This document shows, piece by piece, positions 9,176 to 17,769 of a stretch of 27,037 nucleotides of DNA (position 1 is its first letter; each line of letters starts with the position of its first letter). The notes under the pieces were generated by a model. That model made no database searches. It was not told the origin of the DNA and was given only the letters and a program-made list of their open reading frames with translations. Origin of the DNA: a candidate division WOR-3 bacterium (GTDB lineage: Bacteria > Hydrothermota > Hydrothermia > LBFQ01); contig JALUCS010000115.1 in the NCBI GenBank assembly GCA_027050205.1, forward strand, positions 1 through 27,037, written 5' to 3'. The translations under genes and the position numbers were made by a program.

Positions 9176-9640
9176 ATAGAAAGTTGAGTAGATAGGACTT
9201 TCCGGTACGGGGATCCTTAGAGGATCAGCAAACGGTACTGGACCAGCAGGATGATACTTTGCCCATCGCCCGAAGTCAAACAAGGTATTTTCAAGAAACT
9301 GAAAATTAGACTTCAATAAACTTAAACTTGTGCTTTAAGAAATCGCAAGTTGTACTTTAAGATCCTTGAATCCCCATTAACCGGCTCGTCCTTAGACGGA
9401 AACTGCCGATCTGATTTCAAGGCTTCTGCAATACGGGAGGATTTACGCCCTGGTAATCGCCATTGCAGTAGATTAGATCTGGCCTCCATTAACGGAGACT
9501 GCAGCCCGAACCCGGAATTTCGGAACGGTGAGAGAATACCTTTCTGCGCTGGATGTGGTCGGCCTTAAGGAATTTCAGAGGCAAACGGATCCCATTTCAA
9601 GGTCGCCCACTTAGAGTATCACCGTACAGGCGCGCCCCCG

Positions 9641-9646
9641 TAAAAT
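9641..9646 (+). promoter_or_regulatory. -10 box TAAAAT, 8 nt before ATG 9655
   Basis: ccccgTAAAATagccctttATG. Confidence 0.6.
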
Positions 9647-9654
9647 AGCCCTTT

Positions 9655-10302
9655 ATGCTCCGGAAATTGTGTGTATTTTTGGGGGTTTGGGCTGTACTCT
9701 GGACTCTACTCGGAGGGTTATACATCGGACGGGTTGGGATTCTCGCCCTCTTCAGGGACAGACGCTCCACCTTCACCCTTACGAAGGAGGGGATAACGGA
9801 ATCCATAAGGGACGTCGCCAAACTCGTCGTGCTGGAGGTAAAGAGGGAGTACGAGGTACAGGATACAGTCTCACCCGTACTCAAGGGACCCATAACGCTC
9901 GGAGGACGAAAGACTACCCTCAAGTTCTTGGTGACCTTTCGTCTCGGATTTGACGTCTCCAAAATAAGGCCGAGGGACGTCTCCCTATCCCTATCTAACG
10001 ACACCGTAAAGGTTGATGTGGTACTTCCGGAGCCGGAGGTGATGGTGTCCATAGACAGGTGGTGGGTGGTGTCCGAGGAGGTGGGGATATTCGGCACCCC
10101 TATGCGGTCCTACGAGACCTCCCCCGTCTTTGACTATATGAAACGGACAGCCAGGGAGAGAATGAAGAAGGAGCTGCCGCAGTGGTCCTCGGAGCTGTCC
10201 AAACGGATGGAGGAGGTCATGGGCCATCTCCTCTCCGCTCTCTTGGGCAAACCCGTCCTCTTCAAGGTCAAAGGCTTCAGGGTCCTACCGGATAGTCCAT
10301 AA
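9655..10302 (+). CDS. Membrane-anchored DUF4230-like protein
   Basis: N-terminal TM; IRDVAKLVVLE...RLGFDVSKI...VVLPEPEV pattern resembles DUF4230. Confidence 0.7.
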   Translation: MLRKLCVFLGVWAVLWTLLGGLYIGRVGILALFRDRRSTFTLTKEGITESIRDVAKLVVLEVKREYEVQDTVSPVLKGPITLGGRKTTLKFLVTFRLGFDVSKIRPRDVSLSLSNDTVKVDVVLPEPEVMVSIDRWWVVSEEVGIFGTPMRSYETSPVFDYMKRTARERMKKELPQWSSELSKRMEEVMGHLLSALLGKPVLFKVKGFRVLPDSP

Positions 10303-10318
10303 CCTTCCTTTCCTGCCG

Positions 10319-10324
10319 TAGAAT
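10319..10324 (+). promoter_or_regulatory. -10 box TAGAAT, 8 nt before rplE ATG
   Basis: gccgTAGAATagccggctATG; no SD. Confidence 0.65.
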
Positions 10325-10332
10325 AGCCGGCT

Positions 10333-10872
10333 ATGGCCCTTTACGAGAGGTACAAGAAGGAGATAAGACCCAAACTGGCGGAGGAGTTGAACCTTAACAT
10401 TATGGAGGTACCCCGCATAGAGAAGGTGGTTGTACATGTGGGATGGGGAAGGGAGGCCCTTGAGGACCCCAAGTCCCTTGAGGTGGTGGCGAAGGACCTC
10501 GCTATGATAACCGGTCAGAAGCCCGTAATAACGAGGGCGAGGAAGCACGTCGCCCAGTTCAAGCTCCGTAAGGGTACCCCCATAGGCCTGAAGGTCACCT
10601 TGAGGGGGAAGAGGGCGTACGACTTCCTTGAGAGGCTCATAAACTTCGCCCTCCCCCGCGTGAGGGACTTCAGGGGCCTGCCCAAGGACAGGTTTGACGG
10701 TAGGGGGAGCTACAACTTCGGTCTGGACGAGCATACCGCCTTCCCGGAGATAGACATAGACAAGGTGCAGAGGGTCTTCGGGATGGACATCAACATCGTC
10801 ACCAGCGCGGACAACGACGAGTTGGCCTACCGCCTCCTGGAGGCGCTGGGGTTCCCGTTTGAGAGGGACTGA
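10333..10872 (+). CDS. rplE: 50S ribosomal protein L5 (uL5)
   Basis: NIMEVPRIEKVV, ITGQKPVITRARK, FKLRKG, LPRVRDFRGL, FDGRGSYNFG, FPEI, GMDINIVTSA. Confidence 0.98.
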   Translation: MALYERYKKEIRPKLAEELNLNIMEVPRIEKVVVHVGWGREALEDPKSLEVVAKDLAMITGQKPVITRARKHVAQFKLRKGTPIGLKVTLRGKRAYDFLERLINFALPRVRDFRGLPKDRFDGRGSYNFGLDEHTAFPEIDIDKVQRVFGMDINIVTSADNDELAYRLLEALGFPFERD

Positions 10873-10878
10873 CATCCG

Positions 10879-10884
10879 TAGAAT
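10879..10884 (+). promoter_or_regulatory. -10 box TAGAAT, 8 nt before ATG 10893
   Basis: tccgTAGAATcccctaccATG. Confidence 0.6.
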
Positions 10885-10892
10885 CCCCTACC

Positions 10893-12278
10893 ATGAGGAA
10901 GTTCCTTCCAGTACTTGTGGTTTTTGTTGTGGCCGGATGTTCCTCAACCGGGACGTCTAAGAGGATGGAGAGCAAGATAACCGTCAAACCCCTTGTGAAG
11001 AAGGAGAAGACCCTTCCCAACGGTCTGCACATAATAGCCGTTAAGAAGGACAAACTGCCCATATTCCACATGCAGCTAACGATAAGGGTGGGGTCCCTCC
11101 TGGACCCCGAAGGTAAGGAGGGCCTGGCAAACCTGGTGGGTGCCATGGTAGATGAGGGGACGAAGACCAGGACCTCCGAGGAGATAGCCTCGGCCATAGA
11201 GGACATCGGGGGGTCCTTCAGCGTGAGCGTAGGCCGTACCCATACGGAGATAACCGTCAGGTCCCTGACGGACGACGCCGACAGTATGCTGGCCATAGCC
11301 TCCGACGTCATCCTCAACCCCACCTTCCCAGAGAAGGAGTTCCAGAGGGAGAAGAGGAGGCAGAGGGCCTCCATCCAGAACAGCATGAGCAACCCCAACT
11401 ACGTCGCGAGCGTCAGGCTGTACGAGCTTCTATACGAGGGTACCCGCCTCGCCCACCCCACGGACGGCTACGTTGAGTCCGTAGACAGGATAGAGCGGGA
11501 GGATCTGGTGAAGTTTCACGAGGAGTACTGGAGGCCCAACATCTCCTACGTGGTGGTGGTGTCCTCCCTGGACCCGGACGAGGCCATAGCGAAGGTGGAA
11601 AAGTACCTCTCCGGTTGGGAGAGGAGGGACGTAAGCCTGCCCGACATCCCCCCGATAAAGAGGAGGAGGAAGGTTGAGATCCATCATATGCCGGGCCTCA
11701 ATCAGGCCTACGTCAGGATGGCCGCTCCCGTTGATATCCAGCGGAACTCCCACGACTGGAACGCCCTTAGGGTGGCCAACTACATCCTCGGAGGCTCCGG
11801 CTTCTCCAGCCGGATACTGCGGAAGATAAGGGTTGAGAAGGGATACGCGTACTCCGCCTACTCCTACGTCATTCCCAACATACCGTGGAAGTCGGAGAAG
11901 CTCCCCTCCATCTTCATAGCCGGCCTTGAGACCCGGACGGAGGCGGCGGAGGACGCCGTCCTGATCCTACTTGACCTCATAAAGGAGGCGAAGGAGAAGG
12001 GATTTACGGAGGAGGAGTTGGAGGCGGCCAAGAGCTTCTACAACGGGTACATAGCCCGTACCTCCGAGACCTACAGTCAGGTGGCCGGTCTCCTCTCCAC
12101 CCAGTACGAGTACGGCCTTCCGGATATGTTCTGGATCAGGGACGTTGAGGAGATAAGGAACCTCACCCTTGACAGGGTGAACGAAGCCGCCCGTAAGTAC
12201 CTCAACACCGACAAGTACGTCCTCCTCATAGTGGCGGACACTACCAAGTTCAAGCCCAAGCGGCTCAAAGGGGAGTGA
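10893..12278 (+). CDS. M16 (insulinase/pitrilysin) family peptidase, non-catalytic-type subunit, lipoprotein
   Basis: Lipobox VVAGC; TLPNGL, GSLLDPEGKEGLANL, ILGGSGFSSRI...RVEKGYAY; HxxEH zinc motif absent. Confidence 0.88.
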   Translation: MRKFLPVLVVFVVAGCSSTGTSKRMESKITVKPLVKKEKTLPNGLHIIAVKKDKLPIFHMQLTIRVGSLLDPEGKEGLANLVGAMVDEGTKTRTSEEIASAIEDIGGSFSVSVGRTHTEITVRSLTDDADSMLAIASDVILNPTFPEKEFQREKRRQRASIQNSMSNPNYVASVRLYELLYEGTRLAHPTDGYVESVDRIEREDLVKFHEEYWRPNISYVVVVSSLDPDEAIAKVEKYLSGWERRDVSLPDIPPIKRRRKVEIHHMPGLNQAYVRMAAPVDIQRNSHDWNALRVANYILGGSGFSSRILRKIRVEKGYAYSAYSYVIPNIPWKSEKLPSIFIAGLETRTEAAEDAVLILLDLIKEAKEKGFTEEELEAAKSFYNGYIARTSETYSQVAGLLSTQYEYGLPDMFWIRDVEEIRNLTLDRVNEAARKYLNTDKYVLLIVADTTKFKPKRLKGE

Positions 12279-12291
12279 AACCTTCCCGCCG

Positions 12292-12297
12292 TAGAAT
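12292..12297 (+). promoter_or_regulatory. -10 box TAGAAT, 7 nt before nadA ATG
   Basis: gccgTAGAATaggcggcATG. Confidence 0.6.
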
Positions 12298-12304
12298 AGG
12301 CGGC

Positions 12305-13279
12305 ATGCGATCCACCCTTAGCGTAGAGGAGATAAAGGAGCTGCAGAGGAGAGTCCTTGACCTGAAGCGAAAGAAGGGAGCCTACATCATAGCGCACAAC
12401 TACCAGCTCCCGGAGATTCAGGACGTGGCCGACTACGTCGGCGACTCCCTTGGCATGGCCATGGAGGCCAAGAGGACGGACTACCCCATCGTGGTGGTCT
12501 GTGGTGTCCACTTCATGGCGGAGACCGCCGCCATCCTCCTGCCCGACAGGAAGGTGATAACCCCGGAGAGGTACGCCGGTTGCTCCCTCGCCGAGAGCAT
12601 AACCCCGGAGCAGCTTCGCGAGTGGAAGGCCCAGCATCCGGGGGCGGTGGTGGTCTCCTACGTGAATACCACGGCCGAGGTAAAGGCACTCTCCGACTAC
12701 ACGGTCACATCTTCCAACGCCATAGACATAGTCAGGGCCATCCCGGAGGATAAGGAGATCCTCTTCCTGCCGGATATGTTCCTCGGTATGTACGTCAAGG
12801 AGGTGACGGGGCGGAAGAACATGCACATCTGGCCGGGGGAGTGCCACGTCCACGCGAGGGTGACCCCCCAGGACATAAGCAGGGCGGCCGTTGAGAACCC
12901 CGGTGCCGTGATGCTGGTACATCCGGAGTGCGGATGCTCCACCAACTGCCTGTACCTGAAGGCCAAGGGGGACCTTGACGTGGATATAAAGGTCCTATCA
13001 ACGGGGGGGATGGTGCGGTACGTCAAGCAGCACCCGGAGGAGGAGTACGTGGTCGCTACAGAGGTGGGGATACTCTACCGCCTGAAGAAGGAGATAGGCT
13101 CCGACGGGGACCGCCTCAAGCCCCTGCGGGAGGATATGATCTGCGAGTACATGAAGACGATAACCATAGACAAACTCGTTCGCTCCCTTGAGGAGGAGGT
13201 CTACGAGGTGAAGGTCCCGCCGGAGATAGCCGAAAAGGCCCGCGTTCCCATAGAGCGAATGCTCTCCCTCTCCCGTTGA
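12305..13279 (+). CDS. nadA: Quinolinate synthase A
   Basis: AHNYQ, GDSL, CGVHFMAETA, AGCSLA, YVNTTA, GECHVH, HPEC, STGGM, CEYMK. Start moved from GTG 12275 to ATG 12305 on the promoter layout. Confidence 0.96.
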   Translation: MRSTLSVEEIKELQRRVLDLKRKKGAYIIAHNYQLPEIQDVADYVGDSLGMAMEAKRTDYPIVVVCGVHFMAETAAILLPDRKVITPERYAGCSLAESITPEQLREWKAQHPGAVVVSYVNTTAEVKALSDYTVTSSNAIDIVRAIPEDKEILFLPDMFLGMYVKEVTGRKNMHIWPGECHVHARVTPQDISRAAVENPGAVMLVHPECGCSTNCLYLKAKGDLDVDIKVLSTGGMVRYVKQHPEEEYVVATEVGILYRLKKEIGSDGDRLKPLREDMICEYMKTITIDKLVRSLEEEVYEVKVPPEIAEKARVPIERMLSLSR

Positions 13280-13284
13280 GGGAA

Positions 13285-14229
13285 ATGAAGCGGTGGCCCC
13301 TGATAGTCGGGGTGGTTGCCCTGCTCCTCATCGTCCTCGGAGCCGGAGGCGCAGCCCTGTACTTCGTCATATACGGCCCCCCTTCCCTCTCGGTGGGGGG
13401 TGTGATCGTCGGGGAGGACCCCCTTGAGAGGGCGGTTGATAGGTGGAGGATGGGGGAGTTTAAAGGGTACGGGCGGATCTTCCACAATCCGGGTAGGTTT
13501 GAGGAGGTCCTCTTCCTCAACTTCCTAAGGGGGAACCTCACACTCTCCTGCGACCTCTCGGAGGGTTACCTCAAGTGCGACGGCTTCGCCCCCATAAGGG
13601 TGAAGCGTAGGGGGAGTAGGTACGAGATAGTCTCCAGTCTCATATACCTCACCGACAGCTCCTCCTCCCTCGGCAGGAGGAGGAAGAGATTGGCCGACTG
13701 GGTCTCCAAGCTGAAGAACATGCCCTACTACGACGCCCTTGAGGTGTGCGTTGGCCAGATGAGGGACAGGACGGAGGCCGACAGCCTGTACCTTGAGAGG
13801 AAGGCCTACGAGAGGGATACCCTCGTCCTCTCAAAACTCGCCGGCAGACCCCTAAACGCGAGGTTCTACGAACTCTTCGTAGATAGGATGGTGGATGGCC
13901 ACGTGTGCCTGACCTACAGTGAGGTCAGGGAGGCCCTGGAGAGGTTCGGGCGGTACGTAAAGGCTCCGGAGGTGAAGGGTAAGCTATCGCTCCATCTGGA
14001 GCGAAAGCGTCGGGAGTTGAAGGAGGTGAGCGAGAAGTTGGAGAAAACGTTGGAGAGCGGCCACGATCCCCTCGCCCTCGCCTTCTACAAGCGGGGACTT
14101 CAGGCCTACTCCGAGGGAGACTTGGAGAGCGCCCGGATGTTCTTCAGGAAGGCCCTCAAGATAGAGCCGGACTTTGAGCAGGCCAAGAGGTCCCTGGAGA
14201 AGGTTGAAACCCTGATGGAGCAGCAGTAG
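13285..14229 (+). CDS. Membrane-anchored hypothetical protein with C-terminal TPR
   Basis: N-terminal TM; C-terminal FYKRGLQAYSEGDLESARMFFRKALKIEPDFEQA is a TPR. ATG 13285 follows GAGGG; TTG 13276 is an alternative start. Confidence 0.75.
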   Translation: MKRWPLIVGVVALLLIVLGAGGAALYFVIYGPPSLSVGGVIVGEDPLERAVDRWRMGEFKGYGRIFHNPGRFEEVLFLNFLRGNLTLSCDLSEGYLKCDGFAPIRVKRRGSRYEIVSSLIYLTDSSSSLGRRRKRLADWVSKLKNMPYYDALEVCVGQMRDRTEADSLYLERKAYERDTLVLSKLAGRPLNARFYELFVDRMVDGHVCLTYSEVREALERFGRYVKAPEVKGKLSLHLERKRRELKEVSEKLEKTLESGHDPLALAFYKRGLQAYSEGDLESARMFFRKALKIEPDFEQAKRSLEKVETLMEQQ

Positions 14230-14245
14230 GTGGTCGCTACCGCCT

Positions 14246-14251
14246 TATCAT
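14246..14251 (+). promoter_or_regulatory. -10 box TATCAT, 6 nt before TTG 14258
   Basis: cctTATCATacccccTTG. Confidence 0.5.
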
Positions 14252-14257
14252 ACCCCC

Positions 14258-14668
14258 TTGCGCCGCCTTTACCTACTACCGTTGGTCCTGCTGGCCTGCG
14301 CCAAGAAGGTGCCACCACCCGGAAAGGGGGAGTTTAGGGGGCCGAAGCTGATACTCTTCTCACCGGAGAACGGCGACACCGTAGGGGAGACCTTGAGGGT
14401 GTATGTGTATGCCGAGGACTCCTCCGGCCTGTCCCACTTCACCGTAAGCCGTCGCGGCAAGGTCGTCGCCACCTTCCCCGTAAAGGGTAAGGGCTACTCC
14501 CTGGACACCTTCGTACTCCTTTGGAGGGAAGGGGATGTACTCCTGCCCGACACCCTTGAGATTGGGGCCAACGACCGCTGGGACAACCACTCCGGCGTAA
14601 GGGTGGAGGTCTACACCTATCGCAAGCCTCCCACCGACACGACCGGGGGTAAAAAGCAAGAGAAGTGA
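14258..14668 (+). CDS. Lipoprotein with bacterial Ig-like domain
   Basis: Lipobox LLAC; PKLILFSPENGDTV...YAEDSSGL...ANDRWDN resembles an Ig-like (Big) domain. Confidence 0.7.
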   Translation: MRRLYLLPLVLLACAKKVPPPGKGEFRGPKLILFSPENGDTVGETLRVYVYAEDSSGLSHFTVSRRGKVVATFPVKGKGYSLDTFVLLWREGDVLLPDTLEIGANDRWDNHSGVRVEVYTYRKPPTDTTGGKKQEK

Positions 14669-14720
14669 AGGCGTTGCAATAAACGGACCAAAGCGGCGAT
14701 TTACCTCGTCCCTTCCCCCT

Positions 14721-14726
14721 TAGAAT
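14721..14726 (+). promoter_or_regulatory. -10 box TAGAAT, 9 nt before ATG 14736
   Basis: ccctTAGAATccctgcagtATG. Confidence 0.55.
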
Positions 14727-14735
14727 CCCTGCAGT

Positions 14736-15050
14736 ATGACGGCAAAGGAGATAAAGGACAAGGCGATTCTGGTCCTCATACTGGACCTCCTCATTCCGGG
14801 TCTCGGACACCTGATAGCATACCGGGAGATAGCAGAGGCCCTAAAGAGGACGGGGAAGAACCCCAACGCCGACCCGGAGGCCATCAAGAAGAACGGCATA
14901 ATCCAGCTCGTCCTGTACCTCGCTGGCACCATCACCTGCGGTATTACGTCCATAGTGGCGTGGGTGTGGGCCTTCATCATAGACACCCTTATGAACTACT
15001 ACGGGGCTATGACCTCCGTACCGGAGGAGGGTCAGAGTTCGGCCGGATAG
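14736..15050 (+). CDS. Small membrane protein, TM2-domain-like
   Basis: LLIPGLGHL...GIIQLVL...TCGI...WVWAFIID pattern; host-like codons. Confidence 0.65.
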   Translation: MTAKEIKDKAILVLILDLLIPGLGHLIAYREIAEALKRTGKNPNADPEAIKKNGIIQLVLYLAGTITCGITSIVAWVWAFIIDTLMNYYGAMTSVPEEGQSSAG

Positions 15051-15319
15051 ACGTAGGGCAACCTCCACCCCATCAGGTGCATGACGAGGCGGACGAGGGT
15101 TAGGAGTAGGTAGAGGGTGAGGAGTAAGGTTAAGGCCCGGATGCGGTTCCGGTGGCTTAGGAAGGGGAAGGAAAGGATAACCGTCAGGGATAGGAGGGTG
15201 AGGGGGTTGTAGTACAGGCTCTTGAGGATGTCTCCGTGCAAGAGGGCCATTATTGACCTGTAGGTACCGCACCCCCCGTCCGGTATCCCCGTCAGGCTCC
15301 TGTAAGGGCAGGCGTACAA
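15032..15319 (-). CDS. DUF2752-family membrane protein
   Basis: CPYRSLTGIPDGGCGTYRS...LLHGDI...YYNPL matches the family pattern CPxxxxTGxPCPGCGxTR...GD...NP. Confidence 0.82.
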   Translation of the reverse strand: MYACPYRSLTGIPDGGCGTYRSIMALLHGDILKSLYYNPLTLLSLTVILSFPFLSHRNRIRALTLLLTLYLLLTLVRLVMHLMGWRLPYVYPAEL

Positions 15320-15325
15320 GGCTGT

Positions 15326-15331
15326 ATTCTA
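15326..15331 (-). promoter_or_regulatory. -10 box TAGAAT, 6 nt before TTG of the DUF2752 gene
   Basis: Minus strand ggaTAGAATacagccTTG. Confidence 0.55.
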
Positions 15332-15714
15332 TCCCAGGGTATTCTGCGGATGGAATGATAGCTGGTATTCGGATGATAGGGCGATGCATTTCCCAATGTG
15401 GAAAGTTTTTCGTATTGCATACGCTAAAACGATTTCCGTCTAAAGGTGAGATTATCACTTGATGCGGTCCAAGATTTGAGGATTCTGATGATAGAATGGC
15501 GATTGCGCCATAGTCTCGTCAAACGGAAGAATAAAGGAATTTTGGAATTCCCCAGAGAATATCCAATTTTATGCAGTGTAATGCCAATAACTACATATTT
15601 TCGCTATTTTTGTGAAGCGTTCTCATATCTTATACATTTTTCCTGTGACCAAAAAGTTCAGAAGTTCTACGAGACTATGCGGACGGTGGATGGCTCCCTC
15701 TATCGGCTTAATCC

Positions 15715-16341
15715 CTACCCCAGACCCACGAGGGCGAGGAGGAGGTCGTAGATGGCCTTAGATACGGGGAAAATTACCATCCCCAGGATGTCAAAGGTGG
15801 GCAGGAGGATGGAGAGGAGGATGAGGCCGAAGAGGACGTACTGGAGCTTCCTCTCAAGCTCAAAGTCCCAGTAGAGGGAAGGTCTGAAGCCCTGGAGGAC
15901 TCTCCATCCGTCAAGGGGAGGTAGGGGTATCATGTTAAATACGGCCAGGACGACGTTCAACCAGATGAAGGCGTCTATGGCGGGTAAGGCCCAAGGTGCA
16001 GTGAAGACGGAGATGCGGTAGAGTACGGCACCGAACAGGGCGAGGAGGAGGTTGGAGGCCGGACCGGCGGCGGCTACTATCGCCATATGCACCGGGGGGT
16101 TGCGGAAGCGGGAAGGGTCTACGGGTACGGGCTTCGCCCATCCGAATCCCACTAACAGGAGCGTCAAGAGGCCCATCCAGTCTATATGCACAAGGGGGTT
16201 GAGGCTCAAGCGCCCAGCGTAGCGGGCGGTGTCGTCCCCAAGGCGGTAGGCCGTCCAAGCGTGGGCGAACTCGTGGAAGGTTAAGGCGAGTACCATAAAG
16301 GGGAGGATGACTATACGAAGGACAAGGGCGTTCATCATCAT
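15715..16341 (-). CDS. Site-2 protease (M50 family intramembrane zinc metalloprotease)
   Basis: HEFAH, GRLSLNPLVH, FGWAKPVPV, AAAGPASN, NMIPLPPLDG; start is one of three tandem ATGs. Confidence 0.93.
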   Translation of the reverse strand: MMMNALVLRIVILPFMVLALTFHEFAHAWTAYRLGDDTARYAGRLSLNPLVHIDWMGLLTLLLVGFGWAKPVPVDPSRFRNPPVHMAIVAAAGPASNLLLALFGAVLYRISVFTAPWALPAIDAFIWLNVVLAVFNMIPLPPLDGWRVLQGFRPSLYWDFELERKLQYVLFGLILLSILLPTFDILGMVIFPVSKAIYDLLLALVGLG

Positions 16342-16347
16342 CTTTTT

Positions 16348-17724
16348 TCAGTACTTCAGGATGTAGCGGTACAGCCTCTGCTCAATCAGGCCGAAGAGGG
16401 AGTAGGCCAACCAGTAGAGGACGATACCGGCGGGTAGGTTCAGGAATATGAAGACGAAGATGAGGGACATCATAAGGGAGGTCTTCTTGGTGTTAGGGTC
16501 GGCCGTAGGCTGGAACCAGGCGTTGGCGGCGCTCACAAGTCCCATCACTACAGGGAGGATGTAGTAGGGGTCCTTCATAGAGAGGTCCTGGACCCAGAAG
16601 AAGGAGGTCCCCTTCAGCTCTATGGCGTTCTGGAGGACCTGATAGAGCGCCCAGAAGATGGGTAACATCAGGAGCATGGGCAGGCACCCCCCAAGGGGAT
16701 TGACCCCGGCCTCCCTGTAGAGCTTCATCATCTCCCACTGAAGGCGTTCGGGGTCGTCCTTGTACAGCTCCTGTATCTTCTTCAGCTTGGGCTGGAGCTT
16801 CTGCATGGCCTTGGCCGAGCGGTACATATTCACGTAGAGGGGAGAGAGGAGGACCTTAAGGACGAGGGCGAGGAGGACTATGGCGAGGCCGTAGTTTCGG
16901 CTAACCTTGTAGAAGAGGACGAGCGCCCAGTATATGGGCCACACCATCCACTTGAGCCACCCACCGCCGAGGTCAAAGGCCTCGCTTAGGGGAGGGTTGA
17001 AGTTGGCCAGGATTTCCCTCTCCGCCGGACCGAAGAAGACCCTAAAGGTCTGGGGGCTGTCCGGGTAGAGCCTAAGGGTTATGCGGTCGCCATCCTTGAA
17101 GGAGAGGACTGTCCCCTTAAAACCGGAGACGGCTACGAGGTAGTACCTGGAGCGTAAGCCGAACCATAGGAGCGTATCCCCCTTGAACTTCAGGTTGGCG
17201 TCCCGGTACCTCACCTTCTTGAAGGTACCCCCCCTAGTTTTTATCATCAAGTCCTTCCTCTGATAGCGCCCCTTCTGGGTCGTGGGAGTAGTTATCTGGA
17301 TGGGTTTCCTGTCCTCAACCTTGAAGGTTATACCGAAGTTCCCTCCAAAGGAGTAGGAGAACCAACGCCCCTCCACCCTCTTGTTTCGAGCATCTACCGA
17401 AACGCCGGCCGTATCCCTCAAGGGCCTTATGATGTAGCCCTTCGGCTCGGCCTTGTGTTTCCTGTCCTTCAGGGAGTATATGGCCCCGTTCCCGACGTCT
17501 ACGGTGTATATGTAGCCGTCTATGGGGATCTCGGCCAGTTTCAGGGGCCTTATGGTGGGTGCCGCCTTTCGGGGCTTTGGGGTGGCCTTTTTGACCGCTG
17601 CTGCCTTTGCCTTCTGCTTCCTTAACGCCTCCCTCTTCGGTCTGACGAAGATGTAGTCCCAGAGGAACATAAAACCTGTGGCAAACACGAAGAAGAGGAG
17701 GAGCCGTGTCGTCCTATCGCTCAT
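16348..17724 (-). CDS. yidC: Membrane protein insertase YidC
   Basis: N-terminal TM plus periplasmic domain; NYGLAI, MQKLQPKLKKIQE, LYREAGVNPLGGCLP, WVQDLSMKDPYYILP, PAGIVLYW. Confidence 0.95.
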   Translation of the reverse strand: MSDRTTRLLLFFVFATGFMFLWDYIFVRPKREALRKQKAKAAAVKKATPKPRKAAPTIRPLKLAEIPIDGYIYTVDVGNGAIYSLKDRKHKAEPKGYIIRPLRDTAGVSVDARNKRVEGRWFSYSFGGNFGITFKVEDRKPIQITTPTTQKGRYQRKDLMIKTRGGTFKKVRYRDANLKFKGDTLLWFGLRSRYYLVAVSGFKGTVLSFKDGDRITLRLYPDSPQTFRVFFGPAEREILANFNPPLSEAFDLGGGWLKWMVWPIYWALVLFYKVSRNYGLAIVLLALVLKVLLSPLYVNMYRSAKAMQKLQPKLKKIQELYKDDPERLQWEMMKLYREAGVNPLGGCLPMLLMLPIFWALYQVLQNAIELKGTSFFWVQDLSMKDPYYILPVVMGLVSAANAWFQPTADPNTKKTSLMMSLIFVFIFLNLPAGIVLYWLAYSLFGLIEQRLYRYILKY

Positions 17725-17735
17725 TTGAAGCGACT

Positions 17736-17741
17736 ATTATA
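17736..17741 (-). promoter_or_regulatory. -10 box TATAAT, 11 nt before yidC ATG
   Basis: Minus strand ggTATAATagtcgcttcaaATG; back-to-back with the 17770 box. Confidence 0.55.
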
Positions 17742-17769
17742 CCTTCGTCGTACCCCATCGGTACCCCCT

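Noticed and set aside
9350..9568. ORFs in AT-rich islands (9350-9568, 15446-15751, 23953-24228, 24249-24431, 24406-24606)
   Set aside because: Non-host codon usage, no promoter or SD signal and no motifs; likely chance ORFs.
12275..12304. ORF-track N-terminal extensions for nadA (12275), 21922 and 25007
   Set aside because: Each extension runs through the -10 box; the downstream ATG fits the recurrent promoter-start spacing.
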